Below, piece by piece: positions 1 through 10,850 of a DNA stretch of 48,060 bases. The translations under genes and the position numbers were made by a program. The notes beneath the pieces are model-generated. The model did no database searches. It saw only the letters and a list, made by a program, of their open reading frames with translations, and was not told where the DNA came from. The DNA is from Octopus bimaculoides (Eukaryota), in contig NC_068986.1 in NCBI RefSeq assembly GCF_001194135.2, forward strand, positions 10,049,134-10,097,193, given 5' to 3'. Numbering within the stretch: position 1 is the stretch's first letter; each line of letters opens with the position of its first letter.

Positions 1-185
1 TACAGTAAACATAAGAGCACCACAGCAAACCACAGCACATACCCAAGGCGCACAGAGCTGCGCTCGGTAGTGAAGTGAAAGCACGTTATAAAAATAAAAC
101 TACTGAATAATAATAATAATAATAAGAAGAAGAAGAAGAAGAAGAATGATAATCATAATAATAATAATAACAACAACAACAACAT
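1..185 (+). mobile_element. 3' UTR of a Dong/R4-like RLE LINE ending in a (TAA)n/(AAG)n/(AAC)n tract
   Basis: Unique sequence runs into ataaaaataaaactactg then (AAT)n. It resembles the recalled 3' end of octopus Dong/R4 elements, which target TAA microsatellites. The family name is from memory. Confidence 0.5.
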
Positions 186-350
186 CGAAAAATACCTTAG
201 GAATGAGACCCCAGGTTCGAAATTTCCCCAAGACACCTGATGAAGGCTGGAGGGTATATCAGCTGAAACGTTGTGTTAACAACAAACAAGATGAGGATAA
301 ATATGTCAAATGTAAATAATGTAAATAATGTACATAATTCCTCATCTCTT
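186..350 (+). mobile_element. Penelope-like element terminal repeat fragment
   Basis: Carries the CCTGATGAAGG...GAAACGTT signature typical of Penelope-like termini, followed by a tgtaaataa tandem tail. Confidence 0.6.
232..277 (+). ncRNA. Minimal type I hammerhead ribozyme (Penelope-associated)
   Basis: Helix I is GACAC/GUGUU (232-236/273-277). The core CUGAUGA is at 237-243 with an extra A244. Helix II is GGCUGG/UCAGCU (245-250/259-264) and GAAA is at 265-268. A palindromic AACGUU forms helix III, with the GUU cleavage triplet at 270-272. Confidence 0.65.
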
Positions 351-800
351 GTCAATTTTATAAACTTGGACAAGACAGTTACTGGGGTGTTTTTTTTTTT
401 TTCTCTCTGCTGCAGTTGTTGTTTCAGTGTCTCAATCCGTGCTTCAGATGACATCAATACACACTTAAGACAGCAGCCATCATCTTGGGAAGTATAGCCT
501 GTCTGCATCTCCATTGATGTTGCAGTTTCCAGTAACACTGAGCAGTTTGCGAGTTTGAGCATCTGTCCCACTGATTTCTTGCAGGGACCAATTCTGAAGG
601 CTAAATAGGAGTGTGGCTAAGGCATTGCAAAGAGGTGGGCAATATGCCTAGGATCATATTTTAAAAGCCTTCTCAAGTATTCAGTTTTTGTTCTTTCTCT
701 GTTGATGAATCCATCGGAGCTGAGACACTCGTCCTGTCCAAGATACTTGTAGATTTCCTCAGAGAGTAAAAGCTGTTTATGTGTATACACATTTGTATGT

Positions 801-1112
801 ATGGCTCAGTGGTTAGAGTGTCGGGCTCATAATCAAGAGGTAGTGAGTTCGATTCCTGGACTGGGTTGTGTTGTTTTCTTGAGCAAGACATTTTATTTCA
901 CGTTGCTCCAGTTCACTCAGCGACATCACTGGTGCCAAGATGTATCGGCCCCTTTGCCTTTCCCTTGGATGACATCGGTGGCGTGGAGAGGGGAGGCTGG
1001 TATGCATGGGCGACTGCTGGCTTTCCATAAACAACCTTGCAAGGACTTGTGCCTGGGAGGGGAACTTTGTAGGTGCAATCCCATGGTCATTCATGGCTGA
1101 AGGAAGGGGTCT
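801..1112 (+). mobile_element. tRNA-derived SINE (family C head and middle, different 3' tail)
   Basis: A box TGGCTCAGTGG and B box GAGTTCGATTCC, then cttgagcaagacattttatttcacgttgctccag, which is shared with the copies at 21565-21810 and 41290-41690. Confidence 0.75.
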
Positions 1113-1654
1113 TTTTATGCATGTATGTATGTCATTATTCAGTTTATTCCAAGATTTCTTGCCAATAGAGAAAAAACCGGTTACTAACCTAGATCCAAGG
1201 CTCCTCCATTGGAATTTCAACATCAACAGGGTATTTTTGTTTGTTTGTTTGTATGTATGTATGTATGTATGTATGTATGTATGTATGTATGTATGTATGT
1301 TTGTGTGCAGGTTTGTATGTTTTGTTTTATGTATGTCTTCTCATGNNNNNNNNNNTGTATGTATGTATGTATGTATGTATGTATGTATGTATGTTTGTGT
1401 GCAGGTTTGTATGTTTTGTTTTATGTATGTCTTCTCATGCATATACTTCCATATCTAGACCTGCTCATATATACTTAAATGATAAACTTTCTGGAAAGTT
1501 TTACAGATTTTTAAAGTCTTCAAATTAGCTTTCTCCTTTCTGGTTTTGAGAATGTATGTATGTAAGTATGTATGTATGTATGTATGTATGTATGAGCATG
1601 TGCATGTATGTAGACAGGCATGTATGTACACACACCCACACACACACACACACA

Positions 1655-1785
1655 AATCAAAGAAGAAGATCCCAAAAGCTTCAAACGCAACCTAGACCAA
1701 TTTCTTGAAGAGAGACCCAATGAGCCACCTCTTCCTGGATACACTTCAGTCAACAACAAATCCCTGCTTAACTTAAAAATGACTC
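1655..1785 (+). mobile_element. CR1/L2-type LINE ORF2 C-terminal remnant
   Basis: Translates as QIKEEDPKSFKRNLDQFLEERPNEPPLPGYTSVNNKSL, matching the FKxxLDxFLxxIPDEPxxPGY pattern of invertebrate CR1/L2 ends. Confidence 0.65.
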
Positions 1786-2051
1786 AACAGATCGTCTCAG
1801 GTGTTACTATTGAGTCATATTTGGCATGGACCAAGTTTTGGCCAAAACATATCTAAGTTATATACATAGTGTGTTTGTGTGCGTGTGCGTGTGTCTACAC
1901 ATATACACATGCATATATAAATTATATAAGTATATATACACACACACATACACAAATATATATATCTGTATTTATCAGTGTATCTATTTGTCTGTCTGTC
2001 AGTTAATCTGTCAGCCTGTCTATATGCATGTTGGTATGTATATATACATAT

Positions 2052-2087
<36 letters not shown>

Positions 2088-3052
2088 ATATATATACATT
2101 TATATACATATGTTAATATGTAAGTATGTATGTGTGTGTTTGTAAGCATGTATATATGTGTGCATCTACATATATATGTATACATGTAAGTATGTATGTA
2201 TGTATGTATGTACATATGTTAGTATATACATATCTATTTGTCTGTCTGTATGTCGGAATGTAGGAAGCAGTGTTGTTAAGGAGACGAGTAATCAAGCAGG
2301 TTGGTTGCTGTGCAGCAGAATGCAGAAGAATCATGTGTAGACTTGTAGGAACTGCATCGAAACACAAACAGAAGTTCCTGTGAATACACACGCACACACA
2401 CATAGAGAAAAAGTCACACATACATATGTGAATGTGTGTGTGTGTGTTTGTGTATATGTATGTATTTATGGTTATGACTTAAAACACTGCGTCTGGTAGT
2501 GGGGCTCTGGTTTGGGATTTCAAGGGTTTTGAAGAATGTGGAACCACCCCTAAGCCACTATTCTTCCAAGGTCTCTTCTGACCCAGAGTAGTAGAACCAG
2601 TCAGGGTCCCAGCTATGGGTTAACTAGCATATGGGATGACAATCCATCTGATTGCAGGGATGCAGAGATATACCCTTGACTGGTGTCAGGGTCTGTAGGA
2701 AAACCATGGAGAGAGAGTGGAGGTATGTGGCTTAGGGGTTAGGGTGTTGGACTCATGATTGGAAGACGTTATGTTGGTAAACAATCTTTACTCCAAAGTA
2801 CTGTTGCTGAATATCTCTCATTGTGAGATTAACAAATAATAATTTTCTAATCCCAATATTGTCGCTGGAATTGGTTTGCATGCTGGGATTGCGCACTGGG
2901 GTTGCATAGCAACAGCTGCAAGTGTGAAGGAGCAACAACCAGTGTGCTTTGACCGAGTGCACTTGCACTGGTCACCGTTTGCAACGTTCTTGTCACAAGA
3001 CTTCTCTCTCAGAGAGCAACATCAAAAGAACATCAGATGCTTGATTCTAGAG

Positions 3053-3697
3053 CAGTGGTTCCAGCTGGGGTTCATGTTGCCCTCGGGGGTCAATATGAGA
3101 TTTTGTTGTTATAATTTATAAATTAGTTATACTTGTACAATTGTGACATTCCATCAGTTACGACGACGAGGGTTCCAGTTGATCTGATCAAGGGAACAGC
3201 CTGCTCATGAAATTAACGTGCAAGTGGCTGAGCACTCCACAGACACGTGTACCCTTAATGTAGTTCTTTGGGGAGATTCAGCATGACACAGAGTGTGTCA
3301 AGGCTGGCCCCTTTGAAATATAAGTACAAGAGAAACAGGAAGAATGAGTGAGAGAAAGTTGTGGTGAAAGAATTCATCAGGGTTCGCTACCACCCCCTGC
3401 CGGAGCCTTGTAGGCCTTTAAGTGTTTTCGCTCAATAAACACTCACAGCGCCCAGTCTGGGAATCGAAACTGCGATCCTACGACTGCGAGTCCGTTGCCC
3501 TAACCACTCAGCCATTGCACCTCCACACTTGTACAATACACAAAATATTTTAACAATTTTTTTTTTATACAATTCCTAATAATATTTAATTATAAAAATA
3601 TGATGGGATTTCTTAAACATGGAATGTCTCTGAGGGTCCAGGTGAGTAAAACAGAAATTAAAGGGGTTCATAAGTGCAAAAGGGTTGAGAGACATTG
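3053..3697. mobile_element. hAT-Charlie-like MITE interrupted by a SINE
   Basis: Ends are CAGTGGTT... and ...GAGAGACATTG. The 8-bp TSD ttctagag/ttctagaa (3045-3052/3698-3705) fits NTCTAGAN. The internal sequence matches the uninterrupted copy at 39580-39852. Confidence 0.8.
3142..3526 (-). mobile_element. Full-length tRNA-derived SINE (family C) nested in the hAT MITE
   Basis: Minus-strand A box TGGCTGAGTGG and B box GTTTCGATTCC. An exact 11-bp TSD acttgtacaat lies at 3131-3141 and 3527-3537. Confidence 0.85.
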
Positions 3698-3801
3698 TTC
3701 TAGAACAATGCTTCTCATATGAAGCAGTGAAGATTGAAACAAACACAGGAGAAATTTAATATGATTAAAATAGTTTTCAAACTTTATAAAGTTATCCTAC
3801 C

Positions 3802-3961
3802 AAGGGCCATCTCAAGGTACTGGCAATCCGGGTAGTCACATGAGGCACCAGGTGCCAGGGGGTGCCAAGGAGGGCATGATAAAGACAAGGAAATTTCCAC
3901 GACCGTCAGCTTGTTGAAGTTCAATTTTCCCAGAGTGCCTGCAAACCTAGGGCTGGCCCTG
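3802..3961. mobile_element. hAT-Tip100-like MITE
   Basis: TIRs are AAGGGCCATCTCAAGG and CCTAGGGCTGGCCCTG (CAGGGCC-type). The degenerate 8-bp TSD atcctacc/cttctacc matches at 6 of 8 positions. Confidence 0.6.
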
Positions 3962-4149
3962 CTTCTACCCCATGGTGGAGAAAGAACAATTACATGAATC
4001 TGAAACTGTATTGATAAAATTAGGGGTGGTGGGGATGAAGGGATTGGAGAGGGGTCGCTCCTTTTAAAACCACGTGGTTTCCGGTTTGGTGCCACAGTAC
4101 AAGTGTTTTCTGCTGTTGCCCATGATCAACCAATGCCTTCTGAGTTCAT

Positions 4150-4392
4150 TTGCTGGATGGAAACTGTGTGGAAGCCCATCATGTCTGTGTTTGTCACACT
4201 CCCCTCCACACTCTGACAACTGGTGCTGGTTTATTTACGTCCACGTAATATAGCTGTTCACCAAAAGACACCAATAGAATAAGTCCCAAGTTTAAAAAAT
4301 AAGGACTGGATTAGATTTGTTTGACGAAACCCCGTCCCCCTTCTCCCCGTAAGATGGTGCTCCAGCATGGCCACCATCTGAAAGAAGTAAAA
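4150..4392 (+). mobile_element. CORE-type (OR-like) SINE, family A, 5'-truncated
   Basis: Contains ggatggaaactg...gaagccc, gatagaataag and ggtgctccagcatggcc...aagtaaaag, all shared with the other family A copies. Confidence 0.7.
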
Positions 4393-4957
4393 GATGAAAA
4401 AAGATGATTATGTTCTAGATGGAGTGGTGGTGGGGTGAGCTAGTATTTATCAGTTTGAAGACCATTATTGCCCGGGACAAACGATGGAATGTGCCCGGAG
4501 TCTAAAATAGGAAAAAAGGGAACAGAAAGGGTTGCTTTGGACAGTGTAAACCCTAACAATGAAAAGACGGGGTGGTCATGGCTAGAATGTCTTTGATCAT
4601 ATACCTGTTCAGCGAAGATTGACCTAGGGCTAAACAGCAGTAATTAATTCGTTATTTTGTTGATGTTCTCACATCTGACAGTCAATCTCCAAATTAACGT
4701 TAATCTCAGGATCTCGTTTCACTGCTGCTGACGCTGCTGCTGTTGGGAACCCTGATTTCAGCTCTTTGGTACTTTTGACCCCTTTTTCAGTGAAAGGCGA
4801 GAGAAACGAGGGAGATCATGAGAAGGAGAATGAGAACGGTGGCGGTGGCGGCGGTTGTGGTGATGGAAGTGGCGGTGGTGGTGGTGGTGACAATGGTGAT
4901 GATGATGATAATGATGTTGATGACGATGATGATGATGATGATGAGAGGTGTGTGTGC

Positions 4958-4996
<39 letters not shown>

Positions 4997-5061
4997 CTTG
5001 GCTTTCAACCCAGGTAGACAGAGTTCAATTTCCGGCATGGAAACTCATGTTTTCAAGGCGG

Positions 5062-5203
5062 TGCTCCAGTATGGCCGTTGTTAAATGACTGAAACAAGTA
5101 AAAAAAAAAAAAAGAAAAGAAAAGAATAAAAGAATATATGGTTATCTTTTTTATCTTTTATCTTTTACTTGTTTCAGTCATTAGACTGCGACCATGCTGG
5201 GGC
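5062..5203. mobile_element. Two family A SINE 3' ends arranged tail to tail
   Basis: tgctccagtatggcc...aaatgactgaaacaagtaaaa is followed by its reverse complement ttttacttgtttcagtcatt...ccatgctggggca. Confidence 0.7.
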
Positions 5204-5370
5204 AATATATATATATAAATACATTGTTCGAAAATCACTCAAAAAGCTAAAAGACAGAGAGAACAATGATCAGTTGCACATGGGAATGCGGGGGTGCGGA
5301 GTACACACACAGGTAGATATAAAATAGCCAATATACATGTTGGTTCCTTCAGGGAAGCTTTATATTGTAT

Positions 5371-5421
<51 letters not shown>

Positions 5422-6656
5422 GAGAGGGAGGGAGGGAGAATAAAAGAACGATATTAAGAAAGTTAACATACGAGGTGCAGGATGAGTGCACACACTAGGC
5501 TTGATGGCAGGCAATGAGTAAAGGAATCCTTTACACACAGAGTGAGAGACAAAAGAAGAGAAGGTGGAGAAAAAGTAGTAGTAGTAGTAGTGGTGGAGGA
5601 GGAGGAGGAGGAGGAGGAAATGAGAGTGTGGTTATGGCAGGAATTATACAAATGAGAAATTTGTTTTATTTGAAGATATTTTAAGGTAATAGATATTTTT
5701 CCTTTTTTGTAAATTAGAATTTGTTTCATCATTTTGTGTATAGAGCAAGAAATTTGATAAAAGTCAAAATATAATTATTGTATGTCTGCCATATTTTGGT
5801 GCTGTACCTGTAGCTGGAAACGTTCTTTTGTGTTTTTAATTATTTAAATTCTTCCTTCGAGGAAGAAGCTGGTTTTTGACGAAGATACAAAACTCCACCG
5901 CTTGAATGTAGAAAACAATGTCAAATTTCAAACTTGAGAAAAGTCTTGCATATCTTTATTGTTCCACTTACCAATTGTATTTGTAATGTGCAAATCAGTT
6001 GGTTTGATTTGTTTTTCTGAAAACCACAGCTTATTTCCAGATCGTCACTTAGACATTTACTCATTATGCATGTAGGTGTGTATGTATGTATGTATGTATG
6101 TATGTACATATGTATGTATGTATGTATATATGTATATATGTATGTATGTAAATTTGAGTGATGGTTCTCTGTCTGTTACATTTTTATGTTCATTAACTCC
6201 TCTTAGACCGTTGGTGCAAGAACAACGAAACATAAACCAGCCACTCCCCTAATACCAGGGAATGTCCTAAGGGGGGGGGGTCCATTTTTTAAAGGGCCAC
6301 ATAATTGGGGCCCTACTGACCCCCTATTTTTACTGCATTGTAAACTAAATACATGACATTGGCAACCAAATTGGAGCAACGACAATGAATTTCATGCCAT
6401 GAACTCCCAGGGGGTATCGTAAGGCAGTTCAATTTCTAAAGATCTGTTTAAATGGGGTCCCACTGATCCCCTATTTTTACTGCATTTACCTTGCTCCTAT
6501 GCTTATTGATTAAACCATGATTAACATCAGTGCTTAGCACATTTGCAGAAATAAGCTTGGGCTTTCTAAATACCTTCATGTACCTTCAAATTGAGATAAA
6601 GTGTTATAACAGGTACGCTTTAGGTGTGGCAGTGTAGATATTTAGATTTTGTAACT

Positions 6657-6848
6657 TATGGTGCCGGTGGCACGTAAAAGCACCCACTACACTCTCAGAG
6701 TGGTTGGTGTTAGGAAGGGCATCCAGCTGTAGAAACTCTGCCAAATCAGATTGGAGCCTGGTGCAGCCATCCGGTTCGCCAGTCCTCAGTCAAATCGTCC
6801 AACCCATGCTAGCATGGAAAGCAGACGTTAAACGATGATGATGATGAT
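6657..6848 (+). mobile_element. RTE-type retroelement 3' end with (GAT)n tail
   Basis: ggtgccggtggcacgtaaaagcaccc...aggaagggcatccagc...gcatggaaagcagacgttaaacgatgatgatg. A shorter copy lies at 8704-8818. Confidence 0.7.
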
Positions 6849-6852
6849 ATAC

Positions 6853-6935
6853 ATCTTTTACTTGTTTATCATTAGACCACGGTCATGCTGGAGTACGACC
6901 TTGAAGAATTTTACTCGAATGAATCAATCCCAGTA
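6853..6935 (-). mobile_element. Family A SINE 3' end, running into a gap
   Basis: Reverse complement of the family A tail (cttttacttgttt...catgctggag...ccttgaagaatttt). Confidence 0.7.
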
Positions 6936-7421
6936 NNNNNNNNNNNNNNNNNNNNNNNNNNNNNNNNNNNNNNNNNNNNNNNNNNNNNNNNNNNNNNNNN
7001 NNNNNNNNNNNNNNNNNNNNNNNNNNNNNNNNNNNNNNNNNNNNNNNNNNNNNNNNNNNNNNNNNNNNNNNNNNNNNNNNNNNNNNNNNNNNNNNNNNNN
7101 NNNNNNNNNNNNNNNNNNNNNNNNNNNNNNNNNNNNNNNNNNNNNNNNNNNNNNNNNNNNNNNNNNNNNNNNNNNNNNNNNNNNNNNNNNNNNNNNNNNN
7201 NNNNNNNNNNNNNNNNNNNNNNNNNNNNNNNNNNNNNNNNNNNNNNNNNNNNNNNNNNNNNNNNNNNNNNNNNNNNNNNNNNNNNNNNNNNNNNNNNNNN
7301 NNNNNNNNNNNNNNNNNNNNNNNNNNNNNNNNNNNNNNNNNNNNNNNNNNNNNNNNNNNNNNNNNNNNNNNNNNNNNNNNNNNNNNNNNNNNNNNNNNNN
7401 NNNNNTATATATATATATATA

Positions 7422-7605
7422 TGCTTACCAACCACATGGTTCTGTGTTCAGTTCCACTGCATGGCACCTTGGGCAGGTGTCTTCTACTATAGCCTCGGGC
7501 CAACCAAAGCCTTGTGAGTGGATTTGATAGATGGAAACTGAAAGAAGCCCGTTGTATATATACTGGCCGCAGTCAAAATGACTGAAATAAATAAAAGAAG
7601 AAAAG
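7422..7605 (+). mobile_element. Family A (CORE-type) SINE, internally deleted
   Basis: tgcttaccaaccacatggttc...gcaccttgggcaggtgtcttctactatagcctcgggcc...gaaactgaaagaagccc. The gcaccttgggcaagt segment resembles the CORE domain. Confidence 0.8.
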
Positions 7606-7775
7606 AAAATACAAACGTGGATAGACAGTTACTAGTTTCTACAGATTTTTGAGCCCAAAATACTAAAAAAAATTACAGAAATCATGTATTTTCTCATTAC
7701 TTCCTTATAAATTTGAAACAAATTTTCACAAAGATATAAGAAAAAAGAGTTTCTTCTTCTTCTTCTTCTTCTTCT

Positions 7776-7816
<41 letters not shown>

Positions 7817-8084
7817 TTCTTCTTCTTCTTCTTCTTCTTCTCCTTCTTCTTCTTTAAAATGATTTATTGGTTTTTAGGGAAACATTGTAAAAAGTTATTG
7901 ACAATAGCCATGCCACTCTCCTTTTCTCTCTCTTTCTCTTCCCTTACTCTCCTTTACTCTCTCTTTCTCTTCCCTTACTCTCCTTTACTCTCTCTTTCTC
8001 ATGGCTTAAACTTTATAATGTTAACTCTATGCTATTAAATATGATACATGCATATAAATATACACCAATCTATCAGTATGCCTA

Positions 8085-8201
8085 TCTCTCTATCTATCTA
8101 TCTACCTATCTGTCTGTCTGCCTGTCTGTCCGTCTGTCTCTCCATCCATCCATCCATCCAACCATTCATCCACCTCTCTATCTATCTACCTACCTACCTA
8201 C

Positions 8202-8248
<47 letters not shown>

Positions 8249-8364
8249 CCTGTCTGTGTGTCTGTCTGTCAGTCTGTCTATCTGTCTATCTATCTATCTA
8301 TCTATCAATCTATCTATCTATCTATCTATCAATCTATCTATCTATCCATCTATCTATCTATCTA

Positions 8365-8416
<52 letters not shown>

Positions 8417-8460
8417 AATCTATCTATCTATCTATCAGTCTGTCTGTGTGTCTATCTACC
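8085..8460. repeat. Compound (TCTA)n/(TCTG)n/(TCCA)n microsatellite
   Basis: Directly visible. It is one of dozens of SSRs, e.g. (TATG)n 1250-1395, (CTT)n 7752-7853, and (TA/TG)n 26130-26335, 41725-41925 and 44020-44315. Confidence 0.95.
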
Positions 8461-8703
8461 CCTCCCCACCACATACACATCTATTCAGTAGTTTTATATT
8501 CTTCCTAGTTGGTGTTTTTCTTTTCTTTTGTAGTTGTTAGTCTTGTTTATTTACTTCTTAAATAAAAAATTAATACATAAAGCATGCATTTATAAATGCA
8601 GTTGTCATTCATACACATAGATGCATATAATAGGTGGACAAATCAATCTGTATATGTAACGTTTGCATATAAATATGCCTGTATATATATATATATATAT
8701 ATA

Positions 8704-8786
8704 TGGAGCCTGGTGTTGCCATCCGGTTTCACCAGTCCTCAGTCAAATCGTCCAACCCATGCTAGCATGGAAAGCGGACGTTAAAC

Positions 8787-8818
<32 letters not shown>
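8704..8818 (+). mobile_element. Truncated copy of the RTE-type 3' end
   Basis: Near-identical to 6752-6848 and ends in (GAT)n. Confidence 0.75.
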
Positions 8819-8819
<1 letters not shown>

Positions 8820-8842
8820 ATATATATATATGTAATATAGGA

Positions 8843-9028
8843 CAATTGGTAAGTTGTCATAATAATGCTCAGAGTTTCCAATACTGGAGCTGAGAACTTC
8901 TAGACATTTTTCATCAGTTATAAAGACAAGAAAAGCGTTTCTTGTCTTTATAACTGATGAAAAATGTCTAGAAGCTCTCAGCTCCAGTATTGGAAACTCT
9001 GAGCATTATTATGACAACTTACTGATTG
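8843..9028. repeat. Near-perfect ~186-bp palindrome (foldback / MITE-like)
   Basis: Arms 8849-8933 and 8938-9022 are reverse complements with one mismatch (A8896/C8975) around a 4-nt AGCG loop. Pairing extends outward with G-T pairs. Confidence 0.95.
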
Positions 9029-9203
9029 ATCTTATATTTACACACACACACATACACACATTTACAGATCGGAAGAGCNNNNNNNNNNATATATATATAT
9101 ATGCACACATACACACATACATATATATGCAACTGTCTATATATGTGTGATATATGCATACAAACACAAATTCATACAGACATACATACATACAGACAGA
9201 CAG

Positions 9204-9236
<33 letters not shown>

Positions 9237-9284
9237 CATACACACACATGCATACAGATACATACAGACCTACACACGTATGTT

Positions 9285-9340
<56 letters not shown>

Positions 9341-10027
9341 TATTTAAATGCATGCATACGTACATACATACAAAGGTACATTCATAGATACATACATACA
9401 TACATACATGTATACATACATATAAATGGGTGTATGAACAAAAGAACTTTATGTATGTATGTATGTTTGTATAAAATGAAGAAAACCAAGAAAGTAAACT
9501 CGTCTCGTCATTTTGACAAGCAAATATTGAAATATCGATAACGACCACAGCTATGATGACGAAGACGACGACGATGATGATGATGATGATGATGATGATA
9601 TTTCTGTTTATCCAATCAAGATAACAAAAAAACCCACATTCAGTGATATCCACTTTCCGCCATTTATTTCTCTCTCTGTTTTTTCCTCATGATCTCTCTC
9701 TCTCTCTCTCTCTCTCTCCTTTCTTCTTCGTCTTATTTTTCTTTCAATTGATATAATTGTCCTCTTTACCCCACCCCCTCAGTCACTGCTGCTGCTGCTG
9801 TTTTGTTCTCCCCATGCTGTCAGTCGTTACTATGCGACAAGATGTTATTAATGGTCAACAGACCTAAATCCATCCAAACTACTGCTTGGTCTGATGTTTC
9901 TCCGACCCCAGCCCATTCCAGCTCTGGGGAGCGGGGTCGAGGGCTAACCATTTATTTCCCCCTCCACTCACGTCTGTGAATCTCAACATTTACAGAAATT
10001 TTAATTAAAACTAACCAACTTCCTTTT

Positions 10028-10235
10028 CTTTTTCTACTCTAGGCATAAGGCCCAAAATGTTTTAGGTAGGGGGCCAGTCAATTAGATCGACCCCAGTACA
10101 CAACTGGTACTTAATTTATCGACCCCGAAAGGATGAAAGCAAAGTTGACCTCGGTGGAATTTGAACTCAGAATGTAAAGACAGACGAAAGCTAAGCATTT
10201 CGCCCGGCGTGCTAACGATTCTGCCAGCTTACCAC
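10028..10235 (-). mobile_element. tRNA-derived SINE, family B (Meta-like central domain)
   Basis: The minus strand reads tggcagaatcgttagcacgccgggcgaaatg...gagttcaaattcc...ctttcatcctttcggggtcgataaattaagtacc. The domain name is from recall. Confidence 0.85.
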
Positions 10236-10295
10236 TTTTAACCAATTTCCTTTTAAGGCAACAAATTATTTTCAATGAAATATGTTAATATTTCA

Positions 10296-10680
10296 ACTTG
10301 AGAATCAGGAAGTAAAGCAAAGTAAAAGAACGAAATACAGTAAAGTGGTGGAGCAATGGGTGGTACGCGAAGTGCGATCGGAATGCAAAGGGTTTGCAAA
10401 CCAGTTCCTTTATAGAGCTTACAACATGCTGGATATTAGAGGGACCTGAAGACAGAAGGCCATCATGTTGAGTGTGGAGAAAGAAGCGGTTGCCTCAAGG
10501 TGGCTGTGGATGAGGAGGTGTGAGCCCTGGAAAGGTCAGTGTTAACTGGGCATAAACTGGGGCTTGATCGACCCCGGTTGGATCATCTGGGGTGAGAATA
10601 TCTGAGATTGAAAGGCACGAAACACCTAATGACCCTCAGGAAACATTACTGATGATGTGACCAAGTGCACCACAGGATGA
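10296..10680 (+). mobile_element. HERO-like (R2-Hero) RLE LINE 3' remnant: decayed ORF C-terminus plus 3' UTR
   Basis: The frame ending at TAA 10543-10545 reads SKRTKYSKVVEQW...ECKGFANQFLYRAYNMLDIRGT*RQKAI...ASRWLWMRRCEPW. This matches the HERO pattern RKRAKY...VGCRGF...ASRWLW. One in-frame stop is present. Confidence 0.75.
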
Positions 10681-10850
10681 TGTAGGGGAAAATATGCTTA
10701 AACTATTTTGAATAATACATGGAACTCACAGCAAAAGTGTTGAGTACCCTTTGTCCTTTCTTTTGTTTGTCCACTAACACACACACACGCACACACTTGC
10801 ACACACACACATACACACACACTTGCATGCACACACACACACACACACAA

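Noticed and set aside
801-865. tRNA genes at A/B-box sequences (also ~3460-3526, 22815-22880, 32750-32820)
   Set aside because: No complete cloverleaf. Each continues into a SINE body, so they are SINE heads.
2728-2745. Interstitial telomeric repeat (ttaggggttaggg)
   Set aside because: Only two imperfect units, inside a decayed SINE-like head.
4766-5084. Gly/Asp-rich ORFs (GGGG...DDDD)
   Set aside because: These come from compound (GGT)n/(GAT)n/(TG)n microsatellites, with no splice signals or domain.
8954-8962. Other CTGATGA hits as hammerhead cores
   Set aside because: No compatible helix II, GAAA or cleavage-site pairing nearby.
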